Shown here: positions 39,201 to 45,902 of the stretch, in pieces | Layout of the letters: every line of letters starts with the position of its first letter | Numbering within the stretch: the stretch's first letter is position 1 | IMG/VR virus record: IMGVR_UViG_3300050030_000022 | Span: 1 to 64,000 of that record | DNA from: a virus | Strand: one strand, 5' to 3' | DNA: 64,000 bases | The notes under the pieces: model-generated | What the model was told of the DNA's origin: nothing | The model's input: the letters and a program-made list of their open reading frames with translations, nothing else | Database searches by the model: none | Made by a program: the position numbers and the translations under genes

Positions 39201-40270
39201 CCCATATTAGTATACACCATTGGCATTGTAGCGGTCTGCACTGCACCTTTGGCTACCAATCCTGGCATTTCACGGCCAACCTGTGCCAGTTTAGGCATAA
39301 ATTGTTTGATTTCTCCCAAATTCTTTCCCACTATGCCTAACATAGAGTTCATTCCCTCTTTAGCAATCGTTCCCGCGCCATTGGTTGCAGCAAACTGAAC
39401 CATATAAGGTATCTGCATGGTAATTTGCTGACCGATGTTGTATGGTAGGCTACCCGGTTGACTTAATATCGTTTGATAAATGCCGTAACAGGCTAATAAT
39501 GCCTGTTCTTTATCGTTCAACTGTTCACCTTTGCCCGCCTTCTGAGCCACACCCGCCACATCAAACTGGCGGTTCATTTCGGTAAGACCCATAGTGAAGA
39601 AGTCTTTAGCCAACGGCGACAATAATCCTTTAGTGAATTGCTGAAAGACATTGGGTGTGTTTAATTCGGTACGTTTCTCTGCAATTTTCAGCCAATCTTT
39701 TGCATCGGTCAGGTATTGTTTTTCCCGTAATAAATTATCGTAATCGGGGTTGTGCAGTTCGGGGTCATAATTGGTTTCACTGACCTTCCCGGCGCTATAT
39801 CCGCCCGTTAATGGTGGTGCGGGCGGTTGCGATACAACATTCAACTTCTGCGTGACATCATTGATCATGGTGTCGAGGAGTTGGTTATCATTGGTAAAAT
39901 CATATTGAATGCCCTGTGGGGTAGGCACTCCCTTATTTAACATGGACAACCCTAAAAATGGGATATTACCGGGTATTCCTCCCGATTCTGCAATTTCCCG
40001 CATTCTTTCTGATGGTTTTTTTCGCTCAGTAGGTAGTGCGGCTGTGGGGATGTAAGACTGAACGCTTTTATAGAACGTATCAAAGTCCCCTATTTCTGCT
40101 TGGCTGAACTTGTATTTGCCCGTCAGGTCGTTGTATAAATACTGTGCCTTTGTGGGGTCGGTAATGTTGGTGCGGAATATGTCATACGTCCCCAACTGGC
40201 TCTGGCCTATCCGGTTCGATCCTAAGATGTTGTTATACAACTGTAATAATAAATCTGGTCTATCAGGCAT
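30245..40270 (-). CDS. Giant internal virion/ejection polyvalent protein (GNAT-like, zincin metallopeptidase, JAB/RadC-like domains)
   Basis: About 3340 aa, likely start MPDRPD. HEIVAHHG, HNHPSG..S.AD and RQKGQA..WYRKYDF motifs. Confidence 0.8.
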   Translation of the reverse strand: MPDRPDLLLQLYNNILGSNRIGQSQLGTYDIFRTNITDPTKAQYLYNDLTGKYKFSQAEIGDFDTFYKSVQSYIPTAALPTERKKPSERMREIAESGGIPGNIPFLGLSMLNKGVPTPQGIQYDFTNDNQLLDTMINDVTQKLNVVSQPPAPPLTGGYSAGKVSETNYDPELHNPDYDNLLREKQYLTDAKDWLKIAEKRTELNTPNVFQQFTKGLLSPLAKDFFTMGLTEMNRQFDVAGVAQKAGKGEQLNDKEQALLACYGIYQTILSQPGSLPYNIGQQITMQIPYMVQFAATNGAGTIAKEGMNSMLGIVGKNLGEIKQFMPKLAQVGREMPGLVAKGAVQTATMPMVYTNMGEKIAGQVDPEGNIISQSSLPVGMMKGLANSFPDILTESMGTHIIASIPRIGTLLGKKAAQGVSRWLTPVQKFKGAAMFGSFPEEFSEEMMSNVITPMIDPDTKASDVWTGQNILTTTITLAAVGGGFYASNVAYKSLDEQILRNKYLSDLPKETKSSVIDALKQDKPADVSSSLSDILHKSGVTDQQGLNIITYAWNNAMRRGMGESLLSTLAEQEKQKADEPLKPQAVENLKAQGVPEEKIAEVLNTPESILSPGQQKIKAQFDQELGRVRIDKDEQLAAADQVKAQYAPFTYKDNEHLVQIVDREGNHWWVKDGDVTINPEDGTWKLGKKPLIVVPDGGGEAMMIPFDDVVGVRATSLSELGGVSASNVAQRQQQNKIGEQILQKLDEVQNPPETTLRMGESITYNGRQADIIETGKDFVKAIYEDGTQVTIPESEFGSVEKTTPEQAGEVTAPNVPPVAQNAPENVQPTAQKTVLKANLNGKDVPVPFTALPDGSLQSNPSFAKESEANKVAKALGDKYSQSEFTPVNTADPSDALAENNFVIVSRPKPAEKPTGLPAKGAEFVINGDETNTTFRIDNKGKVQAFLDGAWSDSGASDMILATAKGSGFTLKSKQNEQVKEKASPEAGKESAATQEVQPQEGEVITKPQEEIQHDQENIEGLPGGEPQGEAVEQGRPELRGGTGQVTGSGDVQTHEEKVNEPPIAPDQAEVVPQAEVPETGIPASEQPPDLQPISETNPQPELQQESQHELQPWEMTREKFVGEGYTFDQTDRSLNMELNKWQKIKNEADKEKYNIPAFDKAIAGVNRKIELSKQHRESITQALSEGKPVPENVLADYPDLRVNPEKPTTNLKPQPEKPKGVESGVESKPYDRFAKDLGLTEPVDVIGGDAKTGKIGDATIVVAQHTPEAVTLESIKVPLKQRQKGQANAAMRDITDKADELGITLKLKAVPEVSSDMTAQQLRDWYRKYDFLFVGNTGERLPKEGGMSEKPTPVSVSPQKGGGIEIKQKPPDEFVGNALKPKSKPKEFVGEVLKPKPTTPEDRLTDLGSQISKVKQEIDYLKKQRKNKGIPTEREADLKKDLAKLRDQYRKLDFSIPIKENPDAPPMPTGENLNEWIGWVRLYSTNPQDIHIAWQQEREHNIPYDKLHDWQLATLETRTTIKSFTDHNDKNNITQGLIKRFTDKNGTPLDRIAAEKFEDGIDVTPGEVAQFMVDVVNNSDIIRKTTDDQLDLAYRFKKLTGYSINKYREWNEKNVGQINISDELGAEIANFTDISIIDNPDYLASFKDDAISEGWMTDQDYIDIQDYLNNKGYEETISYSRGTEETLEGVAEHPGEGKRVEGKPEATARQREIARIKADYTRQIKDLKETLVSDSQLRNRQNEAVRAANKKISLFGQAGSLGEKDMFVGEGAFGTNETTIRKNIADQVKAYNKQVNETIAQLEKDMRSEVALAEKQIEMPMDVQEKPPSEPNILQSTQSEDILPDQSVNVENPLFKKYDYIGDMYSELTTGSKEFETTVRQMASDISKETGVKVNIVKSKNNLDDRTRAAIEKAGNKTDGFYDLDSKEVTLILNNITSSDRAATVLLHEIVAHHGLRALFEHNVKGFNKLMDQVYDSMTEEEKRYMAKRYPRPKTGISYKQLLADEYVAQKAQGGVKPTWWGRFIAGLRNLLRQAFGKFVKWTDNDINDLLRRSRENLRETAPETEFVGDILGEKAALRRDGLLAEGEYLRMSAETAGATPENILMEQNEAERAYGSIQAKDEAIRKLVQEVNEQYADKSKTSGDKIKPRTVIDTFAEQGYVDFTGLKINNPQDVAELWSIHRSPYIEKAHVVFLKDGDIVGTAAYTLNKPGSTQFPESPEIRDLAIGFGANQFYLVHNHPSGNHNASAADIFVTGRIVQNLMNGETWGKEPVEMLGHVVIDHEKFTFISPERALDYYNQYKSNISFRGIANEQIDNYSQSNEYKNAKPRLFTEREALGSNNGRNAQTRMVEIGKALLTDKGYHAAIIYLSPNLNINAYDVPPENLDLQGVINYGMERVKDEKLGHNLIILHDGIFGEDMGESVTVPDYVLDIINTKTETSHALNQVKMGGNERQQLWEVQYPYDKPNILMSQETEPDMEGKPRKMKDIYSEVRDTWFGNRDVAKAKANVEAFNTQTEIQKIFTTEKPKWAKTWQDIDRAIQIHIDTQAHPEHIQQYWNDLTPRQQALVTASEELTPSMKAIADRIGAEYTKMGQLALDNMVIANVLENYVNRIWDISGQAGHDAWKKFSLTTRHSKKRVFGTIIEGMAKGYNLKVEGASNSLEILKNEIHNVIENRNLINSGKQVKDEDGNPLFATQQLPGYKMVEHPSFKIWGYDGKLKHKKEANSQYNDEVDYKFDESTGKFKDIEYHNRDIFITENGTVMRRKQVYAPAPVAKNLNDILSTSWFREQPAAKQLIFINALLKRNVLSWSFFHHLAFTRAYLLGSALHQFSDLNIRKSYKAGLDAYFHMTPDVESLIRAGMTIGRMQDWEEDLLRSKTLVDGWLDQLKVTKDVRDKIHKLHEAHTDFLFKRYGAGLKVKFALLELAKQRKLNPKLDDKVILGMIARIANDNFGGLHYERMGISKTWLDFNGLWLLARDWTLSNVRLMVKAIHSGSKAETRMYRRYWLRAISRVAFLSVGLNLMMAVFNDPDDQETYLETLTHQYKDAFDKPGQLNWLSMDVTPVNRLMGGEEVDQQGNEVRKYFNIAGHFKDPYKWTEQAVTGSWTTPIKNKGSIFARTVFDLMEGNNWQGKRYTTLAEVLGYDDKGVYMSTNEKLGYRVGEPKGGKLKGKLTKWPPPNETGGVNSDEMLSFILANGRDWLPIPLQNSVAFAMGETSAFDMVTHGVGFHVNTNRIKGYDIEAEYKKVYDAATLSQRMYHDAMNHNEFDKAEAISKTPEFEKSLMVIDFTHSAKKVPGDIVWDLQNKMKDALDMGDNKTYDELNTQRKAIMQMIVDDYNK

Positions 40271-40281
40271 AATGTTTATTA

Positions 40282-41616
40282 TTAGCGTTGATACCACGGA
40301 ACATCTGATTCCTCTTTCTGTTCGCCTGAAGTCGTATTAGCGTTCTGTTGATCGGATGTTTTAGGCAGAAAAGATGGGTTAGTTAAATCGGTCATAACCT
40401 CCGGCAATGCCTCCCATGATTGGAACTTCCCGGTTGCGTCATAAATAGGCTTGTAATATTTCTGATACTCCGAAGCGATCATTCCATCCACAATCTGCTT
40501 TGATTGTTCATAATTTGCACCAACCAAATCTTTCATCCTTTTAGAGATTTCAGCCGTTGGATGGTTCATAATCTTTTGGTACACATCAAAATAGAGTTCC
40601 TTTGGAATCGTCAACGTGGCATGGGTCTGCTGATCCACTACCGGCACGTTATCCCCGGCTAACTTAAACTGATCGGTCACAACCTTATCTGCTGCCCTTG
40701 CGTTTTCAGCACCAATCCTCTTACCCAACAAATCCAGGTCGTACCCGTATTTCTTTTTCATCTTTTCCAAGTCGTTCGCCTGTTTATCCTTCATTGTTTC
40801 ATCGCCCAATTCATGCTTTGCACCCATTAAGGCAGCATTGTAACCGGCTTTATTCTTCTGCAATTCCTCAGCATTGGTAGCCCTTTGGTTCATCATCGCC
40901 AATGTATCGTTGTACTTTCGCTGATATTGCTCGTCCCCATACGCATACTTAAAGGCATTTTGCATCGTATTGGTCTTCATCAGGTCGTAACGGTCTTTCC
41001 TCTGTTGGTACTCGTCATGTTCCTTTTCGTACTGCGCCAAGAGTTGCTGGGTCGTCACATTGGGTTCGGGATTAATTGGAGAGCCGTGTTTTGCCCCGTA
41101 ATGATAATCAACAACCTGCCTTATCATCTGTCCTAAAGCGTTGATGGCAGCTACCGTGGCGAGTTGGTTGCGCTTTTTCTTATCCAGTTCCGGTTCGGCG
41201 GGCAGGGTGTTCTTAAAGATTTTCATATATTCCTCATAACCTGTGGGTAGGGAGGATTGTGTACTTGGCTGAGCGGCAGGTGGTGGAGTAGCGTTACTTT
41301 TGTTTTGTTTTGCAGCCTCAGTGAAGGTGGTGTAAGGTGGTATTTTCCCTGCTTTGACCGCTAAATCTCCCGGCGATCCCTTCAGATAGCCGGCGTTTAA
41401 ATCATAATCATTGGATGTGGCTACTGGTTGCGTGGGGTCTAATGGTGCTGCTGCCGGGTTATTAACCAACTCAGACACATAACGGGGGTCGTAGTTCTGC
41501 GCCGATGGGTCGCCCGGTCGCTGGTACTGAGCCAATATCTGCCCGACTATATCGGGTTGCTCAAGTTTTTTCTGTGCCATATTGAGCCAAAAGTTCGGGT
41601 CTATTATTGGTGTCAT
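40282..41616 (-). CDS. Putative DNA ejection protein
   Basis: Q/A/K-rich coiled coil upstream of the giant protein. Confidence 0.55.
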   Translation of the reverse strand: MTPIIDPNFWLNMAQKKLEQPDIVGQILAQYQRPGDPSAQNYDPRYVSELVNNPAAAPLDPTQPVATSNDYDLNAGYLKGSPGDLAVKAGKIPPYTTFTEAAKQNKSNATPPPAAQPSTQSSLPTGYEEYMKIFKNTLPAEPELDKKKRNQLATVAAINALGQMIRQVVDYHYGAKHGSPINPEPNVTTQQLLAQYEKEHDEYQQRKDRYDLMKTNTMQNAFKYAYGDEQYQRKYNDTLAMMNQRATNAEELQKNKAGYNAALMGAKHELGDETMKDKQANDLEKMKKKYGYDLDLLGKRIGAENARAADKVVTDQFKLAGDNVPVVDQQTHATLTIPKELYFDVYQKIMNHPTAEISKRMKDLVGANYEQSKQIVDGMIASEYQKYYKPIYDATGKFQSWEALPEVMTDLTNPSFLPKTSDQQNANTTSGEQKEESDVPWYQR

Positions 41617-41618
41617 GG

Positions 41619-42551
41619 TTACTTGTTTTTCAATTTGTAAACCTCATCATATATGCGTTGTATTTCGGGCGTGTTTTTAAATTCGTTGGCCAAAGATGTG
41701 ATTACCTTACCATAAACAGGATTAGTCATTACATCCAGTGGATTATCCTGAGTCACCGGAATACCATAAAAGGCGTTGACTATACCCCCGTGATAGCCCT
41801 GCTCTGTTGTGGGATAAAGCGGTTGAGTTCCATTGTAAGCCTGCAATCGGTAAAGATTATCCTGTTCGGCAGGCCAATCGGTGTAACCACGACCCCGTTT
41901 CCACCTGTCTTTATACTCTGCGTTTGATTTCACCAATGATTGAGCCAAGCGTTCATACCCATTCATCCAGGGGTCTTCGATATTTAAAACATGCCCGATA
42001 TTCCCGACACGTGCCGCATCAGGATTGTTTGCCTCTATGCGCAATTTGCCCGATTCGTCCCGGCTTGCCTTTCCTAACCGGGTTTCCTGCATCGCTATCG
42101 CAAGAAGCTCATAAGGATCGACATTGTATTGTTTTGAATACTGAATAATCTTTCGGATTACGTTGGGGTCATACTCTCCGGTATACAAATCACTGTTAGG
42201 GTTTATTGGCAATCCACTGCCCGGGTTCTGAGTCCGCCTATCGGTTAATCTGATTAAACTGTTTTGATAATCCCTCATTCTTTGCTGTTGGTTTGCGGCC
42301 TCGGCGCGATAACTGTCGTTGTTTCTAATATCATTGAATCTATCGGCGAGCGATTGGGGCGCTGGTGGTGGAACCTGTAATGCAACGGGCGATGTAGGTA
42401 ACTGGGTATGGGGTTTAAACACATCGGAAAGATTTGCCAAAGTAGTAAACCCCCGCTTTTTGGGCTTATCCTGCGGCATCAGCCCGGTAATATTCGGGTA
42501 TTCCTTCTTCGGTGGCTTAGTGTCGAATATCCACGTTGGATCGTAGTACAT
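41619..42551 (-). CDS. Virion-associated lytic transglycosylase-like protein
   Basis: YNVDPYELLAIAMQETRLG and LQAYNG (SLT/lysozyme-like motifs). Confidence 0.65.
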   Translation of the reverse strand: MYYDPTWIFDTKPPKKEYPNITGLMPQDKPKKRGFTTLANLSDVFKPHTQLPTSPVALQVPPPAPQSLADRFNDIRNNDSYRAEAANQQQRMRDYQNSLIRLTDRRTQNPGSGLPINPNSDLYTGEYDPNVIRKIIQYSKQYNVDPYELLAIAMQETRLGKASRDESGKLRIEANNPDAARVGNIGHVLNIEDPWMNGYERLAQSLVKSNAEYKDRWKRGRGYTDWPAEQDNLYRLQAYNGTQPLYPTTEQGYHGGIVNAFYGIPVTQDNPLDVMTNPVYGKVITSLANEFKNTPEIQRIYDEVYKLKNK

Positions 42552-42567
42552 CGGTTATGGTTTAAAA

Positions 42568-43302
42568 TTAATACACCCCTACACCCTGCCCCCAACTTGG
42601 GTTGCCACTGATGTAAGCCCCGCCCGTATCACCTGCCCCACCATAACCCGAAAACCCCATCCCCTGTTGCCGTTTCTTCAATAAATCCTCCCAGTCAATC
42701 ATCCCTGCGGCGGTGCTGACTGCATTGCCCGCATTGGAGACGTTCTGATTATAGTTTGCCCAGTCCCCGATCTTCTGTTGACTGAGTTGATCCATCGGTG
42801 CGTATAGTGATTGTAAGCGGTAGTCGTATTGATCTCTTAAACCCTGTTTGTACTGTGTGCCATAACCTAACAATCGGGCGATAGCATCAGAAAAGTTCTC
42901 GTTTAGTTTCCCTTTGGCCGCGATGTTGGCTTCCTGAGTGGCTCCACCGGCGACACTGGCGTTATTCAGTGCGTTTATCTGTCTGTCCTGCTGACCCAGA
43001 AGCCCCGATACGGCAGATTGCGCCACGTCTGTCTGTAAAAAATCCTTGTTGTTTTCGCCATTAAACCAACTATTCAGATCATCAATCCTACCCTGGAGTT
43101 GGTTTTGGTAACGCTTTCTCTCTATCCCGGCCCGTTGATTACCGGCTGCCTGTAAACCCTGTTGGGCAATCATGGAGGCAAGAGCCACAATCAAACTGAT
43201 AAATTCGCAACTTTGCAGTTGTTTGCCGGGTATCTGGACGGATGGAATGAATGCAAGTGCAATAAGAACCAAAAGTGCGGTGAAAATCAAAGTCTTTCGC
43301 AT
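42568..43302 (-). CDS. Putative pilot/ejection protein with signal-like leader
   Basis: G/A/Q/N-rich; first gene of the ejection/portal operon. Confidence 0.55.
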   Translation of the reverse strand: MRKTLIFTALLVLIALAFIPSVQIPGKQLQSCEFISLIVALASMIAQQGLQAAGNQRAGIERKRYQNQLQGRIDDLNSWFNGENNKDFLQTDVAQSAVSGLLGQQDRQINALNNASVAGGATQEANIAAKGKLNENFSDAIARLLGYGTQYKQGLRDQYDYRLQSLYAPMDQLSQQKIGDWANYNQNVSNAGNAVSTAAGMIDWEDLLKKRQQGMGFSGYGGAGDTGGAYISGNPSWGQGVGVY

Positions 43303-43322
43303 GGCTTTAGGAATTAAACCGC

Positions 43323-43361
43323 CAAAGTTCGCTGTTATTTGATGAGGTTTAAGCGATAAAT
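43323..43361 (-). promoter_or_regulatory. Class-2 (putative late) promoter for the ejection/portal operon
   Basis: Minus strand ATTTATCGC-N22-GAACTTTG. Confidence 0.65.
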
Positions 43362-43392
43362 TGGCAGAATAATACTAAAAATCTATACAAAG

Positions 43393-43425
43393 TTGTGAAA
43401 GGGTGTGCAAAATGATGTAAATTTG
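43393..43425 (+). promoter_or_regulatory. Class-1 promoter
   Basis: TTGT-N8-GTGCA-N8-TAAATTTG. Confidence 0.7.
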
Positions 43426-43447
43426 GACAGTCAAATACTGTAAAATT

Positions 43448-43693
43448 ATGACAAAGAAGGATAAAAAACCCACACCGACCGTTGCAAAATTGGCAAGAAA
43501 GATTATGGACATTCAAGCAAAATCCACACTTCCGGTATTAATAATGCTGGGTAATGAGGATGGTAACTACCTGTTTGCCGGTGGTGGTAAAAATAGTGAT
43601 ATTATTAAAATGCTTACGCGAATGCTTGATGATCCTGATTATACCAGGCTATTGAAGGAGGCCGCACTGATGTCACTTAAAAAATCTTTATGA
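43448..43693 (+). CDS. Phage hypothetical protein
   Basis: First ORF after the promoter. Confidence 0.55.
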   Translation: MTKKDKKPTPTVAKLARKIMDIQAKSTLPVLIMLGNEDGNYLFAGGGKNSDIIKMLTRMLDDPDYTRLLKEAALMSLKKSL

Positions 43694-43890
43694 TCCACTA
43701 CCCCAGCGAAACGGAAGCTCGCCAAGCGGTCGCCAGAGTGATGAAGCAATACCCGGAAGCCTGGATTGACGAAATCCACGTGGACAAACGGGAACACCGG
43801 ACGTGGTATATCTTTATCACCGCACCCACCGAAAGGCATCAGGTGCTACTCAGGTGTACGTGGAGTAGTCCAATAATCAAATTCAAATGA
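43690..43890 (+). CDS. Phage hypothetical protein
   Basis: ATGA-coupled. Confidence 0.5.
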   Translation: MIHYPSETEARQAVARVMKQYPEAWIDEIHVDKREHRTWYIFITAPTERHQVLLRCTWSSPIIKFK

Positions 43891-43995
43891 TATGGATAAA
43901 CAACGATTGGGTAAAATAGGATGTTATGCGATTGTGTTATTATGTGTGGCATTGCCAATATGGTTATTTTTTATCTTCTTAATTATAAAATATTT

Positions 43996-44199
43996 ATGAA
44001 AGCAAAAATCAAAACAACCGAAGAACCCAAAACTTTCAAACCGTTCACCATTGAAATCACGTGCGAAACCATATGGGACGCACGTAATATACGGGAGGCA
44101 ATAAGACAAACGGAGTATACGCCTGAGTTGGGGAAACTCCTTTCGGATATTGACAATTGGATTAAATCTCAAGGATTTGAGATTTCGCCATGTCCCTAA
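43996..44199 (+). CDS. Phage hypothetical protein
   Basis: MKAKIK...FKPFTIEIT; start moved to the ATG after the AT-rich leader. Confidence 0.5.
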   Translation: MKAKIKTTEEPKTFKPFTIEITCETIWDARNIREAIRQTEYTPELGKLLSDIDNWIKSQGFEISPCP

Positions 44200-44320
44200 T
44201 CTACCTACTCATCATCAGTCAGGTTCGCTATTGGGACGACCACCGGCGACTCAAGTGGAGCGTGTTGGCGATACCCATTGCGCTCTTTATTGATGTACCG
44301 TTGATACAAATGCTGATAAA

Positions 44321-44488
44321 ATGATCGGAATAAAGTACATTTGGTTTTTATTTATGATAACACTGCTGTCATCTTGCGCCCCCATCCCGGTTGAATCTTA
44401 CCAGGATTACCACCCGGATGGTGCGGTATACACACAATGCGACACGGTGATCAACGGCGACACGCTTTATTATTGGGTGAAGGAATAA
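44321..44488 (+). CDS. Small lipoprotein (55 aa, not in the ORF track)
   Basis: MIGIKYIWFLFMITLLSS|C...CDTVINGDTLYYWVKE. Confidence 0.55.
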   Translation: MIGIKYIWFLFMITLLSSCAPIPVESYQDYHPDGAVYTQCDTVINGDTLYYWVKE

Positions 44489-44516
44489 TATTAACTTTGC
44501 GTCCAAATATTTAACT

Positions 44517-45044
44517 ATGCCAGGTGGAGCAAACCTAAAAGTTTACGATGATTTGTTTAAGTACGAGGTTATTCGTACTTACGTTGATCTCAAACACAGC
44601 GTTAATCAAGCCGCGCAGAAACATGGCGTCCCCGTCCCCACATTGAACACATGGTTGGCTAAAGGTTGGGCTAAAGCGTATGTGAGGGACTATGAACTTA
44701 AAATACGTGATGTCAAAAGCCAATCGGCTATTCAAACCATAGAAGAGGCAAAGATTGAATCCTTAGTATTAGATTATAACTATAATATTAATTCTAATAC
44801 TATTCTCTCTATGATAGAGGATCGTGCAATAGAGATTATACCCAAATGCAAATCCCTCCGTGAACTATCCGCCATGTACAAAGTAGTGTCCGATGTTAAG
44901 CTGAAGTTACTTGGCATAAAGGAAAGCCCTGACGGCAAGCAAATGAGCGACAAAGCCACAATGATCTTAAATATAATCGACAAACAACTCACCGTAACCC
45001 CAGAGATGATCAAAAAGTATTTCCCAATGCGATACAAAGAATGA
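44517..45044 (+). CDS. HTH protein, candidate terminase small subunit or regulator
   Basis: SVNQAAQKHGVPVPTLNTW HTH followed by long helices. Confidence 0.45.
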   Translation: MPGGANLKVYDDLFKYEVIRTYVDLKHSVNQAAQKHGVPVPTLNTWLAKGWAKAYVRDYELKIRDVKSQSAIQTIEEAKIESLVLDYNYNINSNTILSMIEDRAIEIIPKCKSLRELSAMYKVVSDVKLKLLGIKESPDGKQMSDKATMILNIIDKQLTVTPEMIKKYFPMRYKE

Positions 45045-45061
45045 TTCTAAATTATTGCCAT

Positions 45062-45094
45062 TTGTAAAAGGATGTGCAGATCGGGTTAATTTTG
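45062..45094 (+). promoter_or_regulatory. Class-1 promoter for the replication operon
   Basis: TTGT-N8-GTGCA-N8-TAATTTTG. Confidence 0.7.
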
Positions 45095-45135
45095 CGGTAC
45101 TGAAATATGATGAAATGCAAAAGACATTAAGATAT

Positions 45136-45206
45136 AACCCTTTAATTGAATTTCCGGGAGTGGGCATCATCACCCTTCAGTCTCCCGGATTTTCTTTTAA
45201 GGGGTT
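45136..45206 (+). promoter_or_regulatory. Long imperfect hairpin in the leader of the replication initiator
   Basis: 25-nt arms 45136-45160 and 45182-45206, including perfect TCCGGGAG/CTCCCGGA. Confidence 0.6.
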
Positions 45207-45218
45207 TGATTTTATATT

Positions 45219-45902
45219 ATGAAAGACCCCGCATTTTTATATTATGATGGCGATGCCGCTAAAGATGTTTCTCATATGAACAGGCTCGAAAGGGGATGTT
45301 ATTTTGACCTTATTCAAGCCCAACGCAAATTCCGTGGTTTTACCGTGGAACAAGCCCGGAAAATACTTGGTAAAGACTTTAGTGAATGTTGGGATGCTAT
45401 TACTTTGATTTTGGAATGTGAAAATGATGTTTATTTTATTCCCTGGGTTCGTGAATCTTTATTAAAACGTGCTGAATTTAAAGAGATACAGAGGGAAAGA
45501 ATCCAAAATTACTGGGATAAAAAAAATAATCCTGAATTAAACCGTGGTAATTCCACGGATATACCTTCTGAAAATGAAATTGTAAATGAATATTCTTTAT
45601 TAGATTATAATACTATAACTAATATATTACTAAAAGAAGAGAGTTGGATTTCTGTAATTTGTATGAATTATAAATTAAACGAAAAACAAGTCGCAAATTA
45701 TCTGAATCGCTATATAAATGATCAGCGAGTATCAAAACCCGGCAATCGTACTTTGGTTGATGTTCGCAATCATTTCAATAACTGGTTGCGGATAAAGCAG
45801 GAGAATGCGGTTACTCGACCGCCATTAAAACAAATCACAGAAGAAAGCATTAAACGCGAGCGTGAAGAACGCCTGAAAAACTGGAAACCACTTGAAGAAT
45901 AA
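45219..45902 (+). CDS. Phage replication initiator / replisome organiser (DUF1376-like N-terminus)
   Basis: MKDPAFLYY..D...M..LERGCYFDL; C-terminal HFNNWL; upstream of DnaB. Confidence 0.7.
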   Translation: MKDPAFLYYDGDAAKDVSHMNRLERGCYFDLIQAQRKFRGFTVEQARKILGKDFSECWDAITLILECENDVYFIPWVRESLLKRAEFKEIQRERIQNYWDKKNNPELNRGNSTDIPSENEIVNEYSLLDYNTITNILLKEESWISVICMNYKLNEKQVANYLNRYINDQRVSKPGNRTLVDVRNHFNNWLRIKQENAVTRPPLKQITEESIKREREERLKNWKPLEE

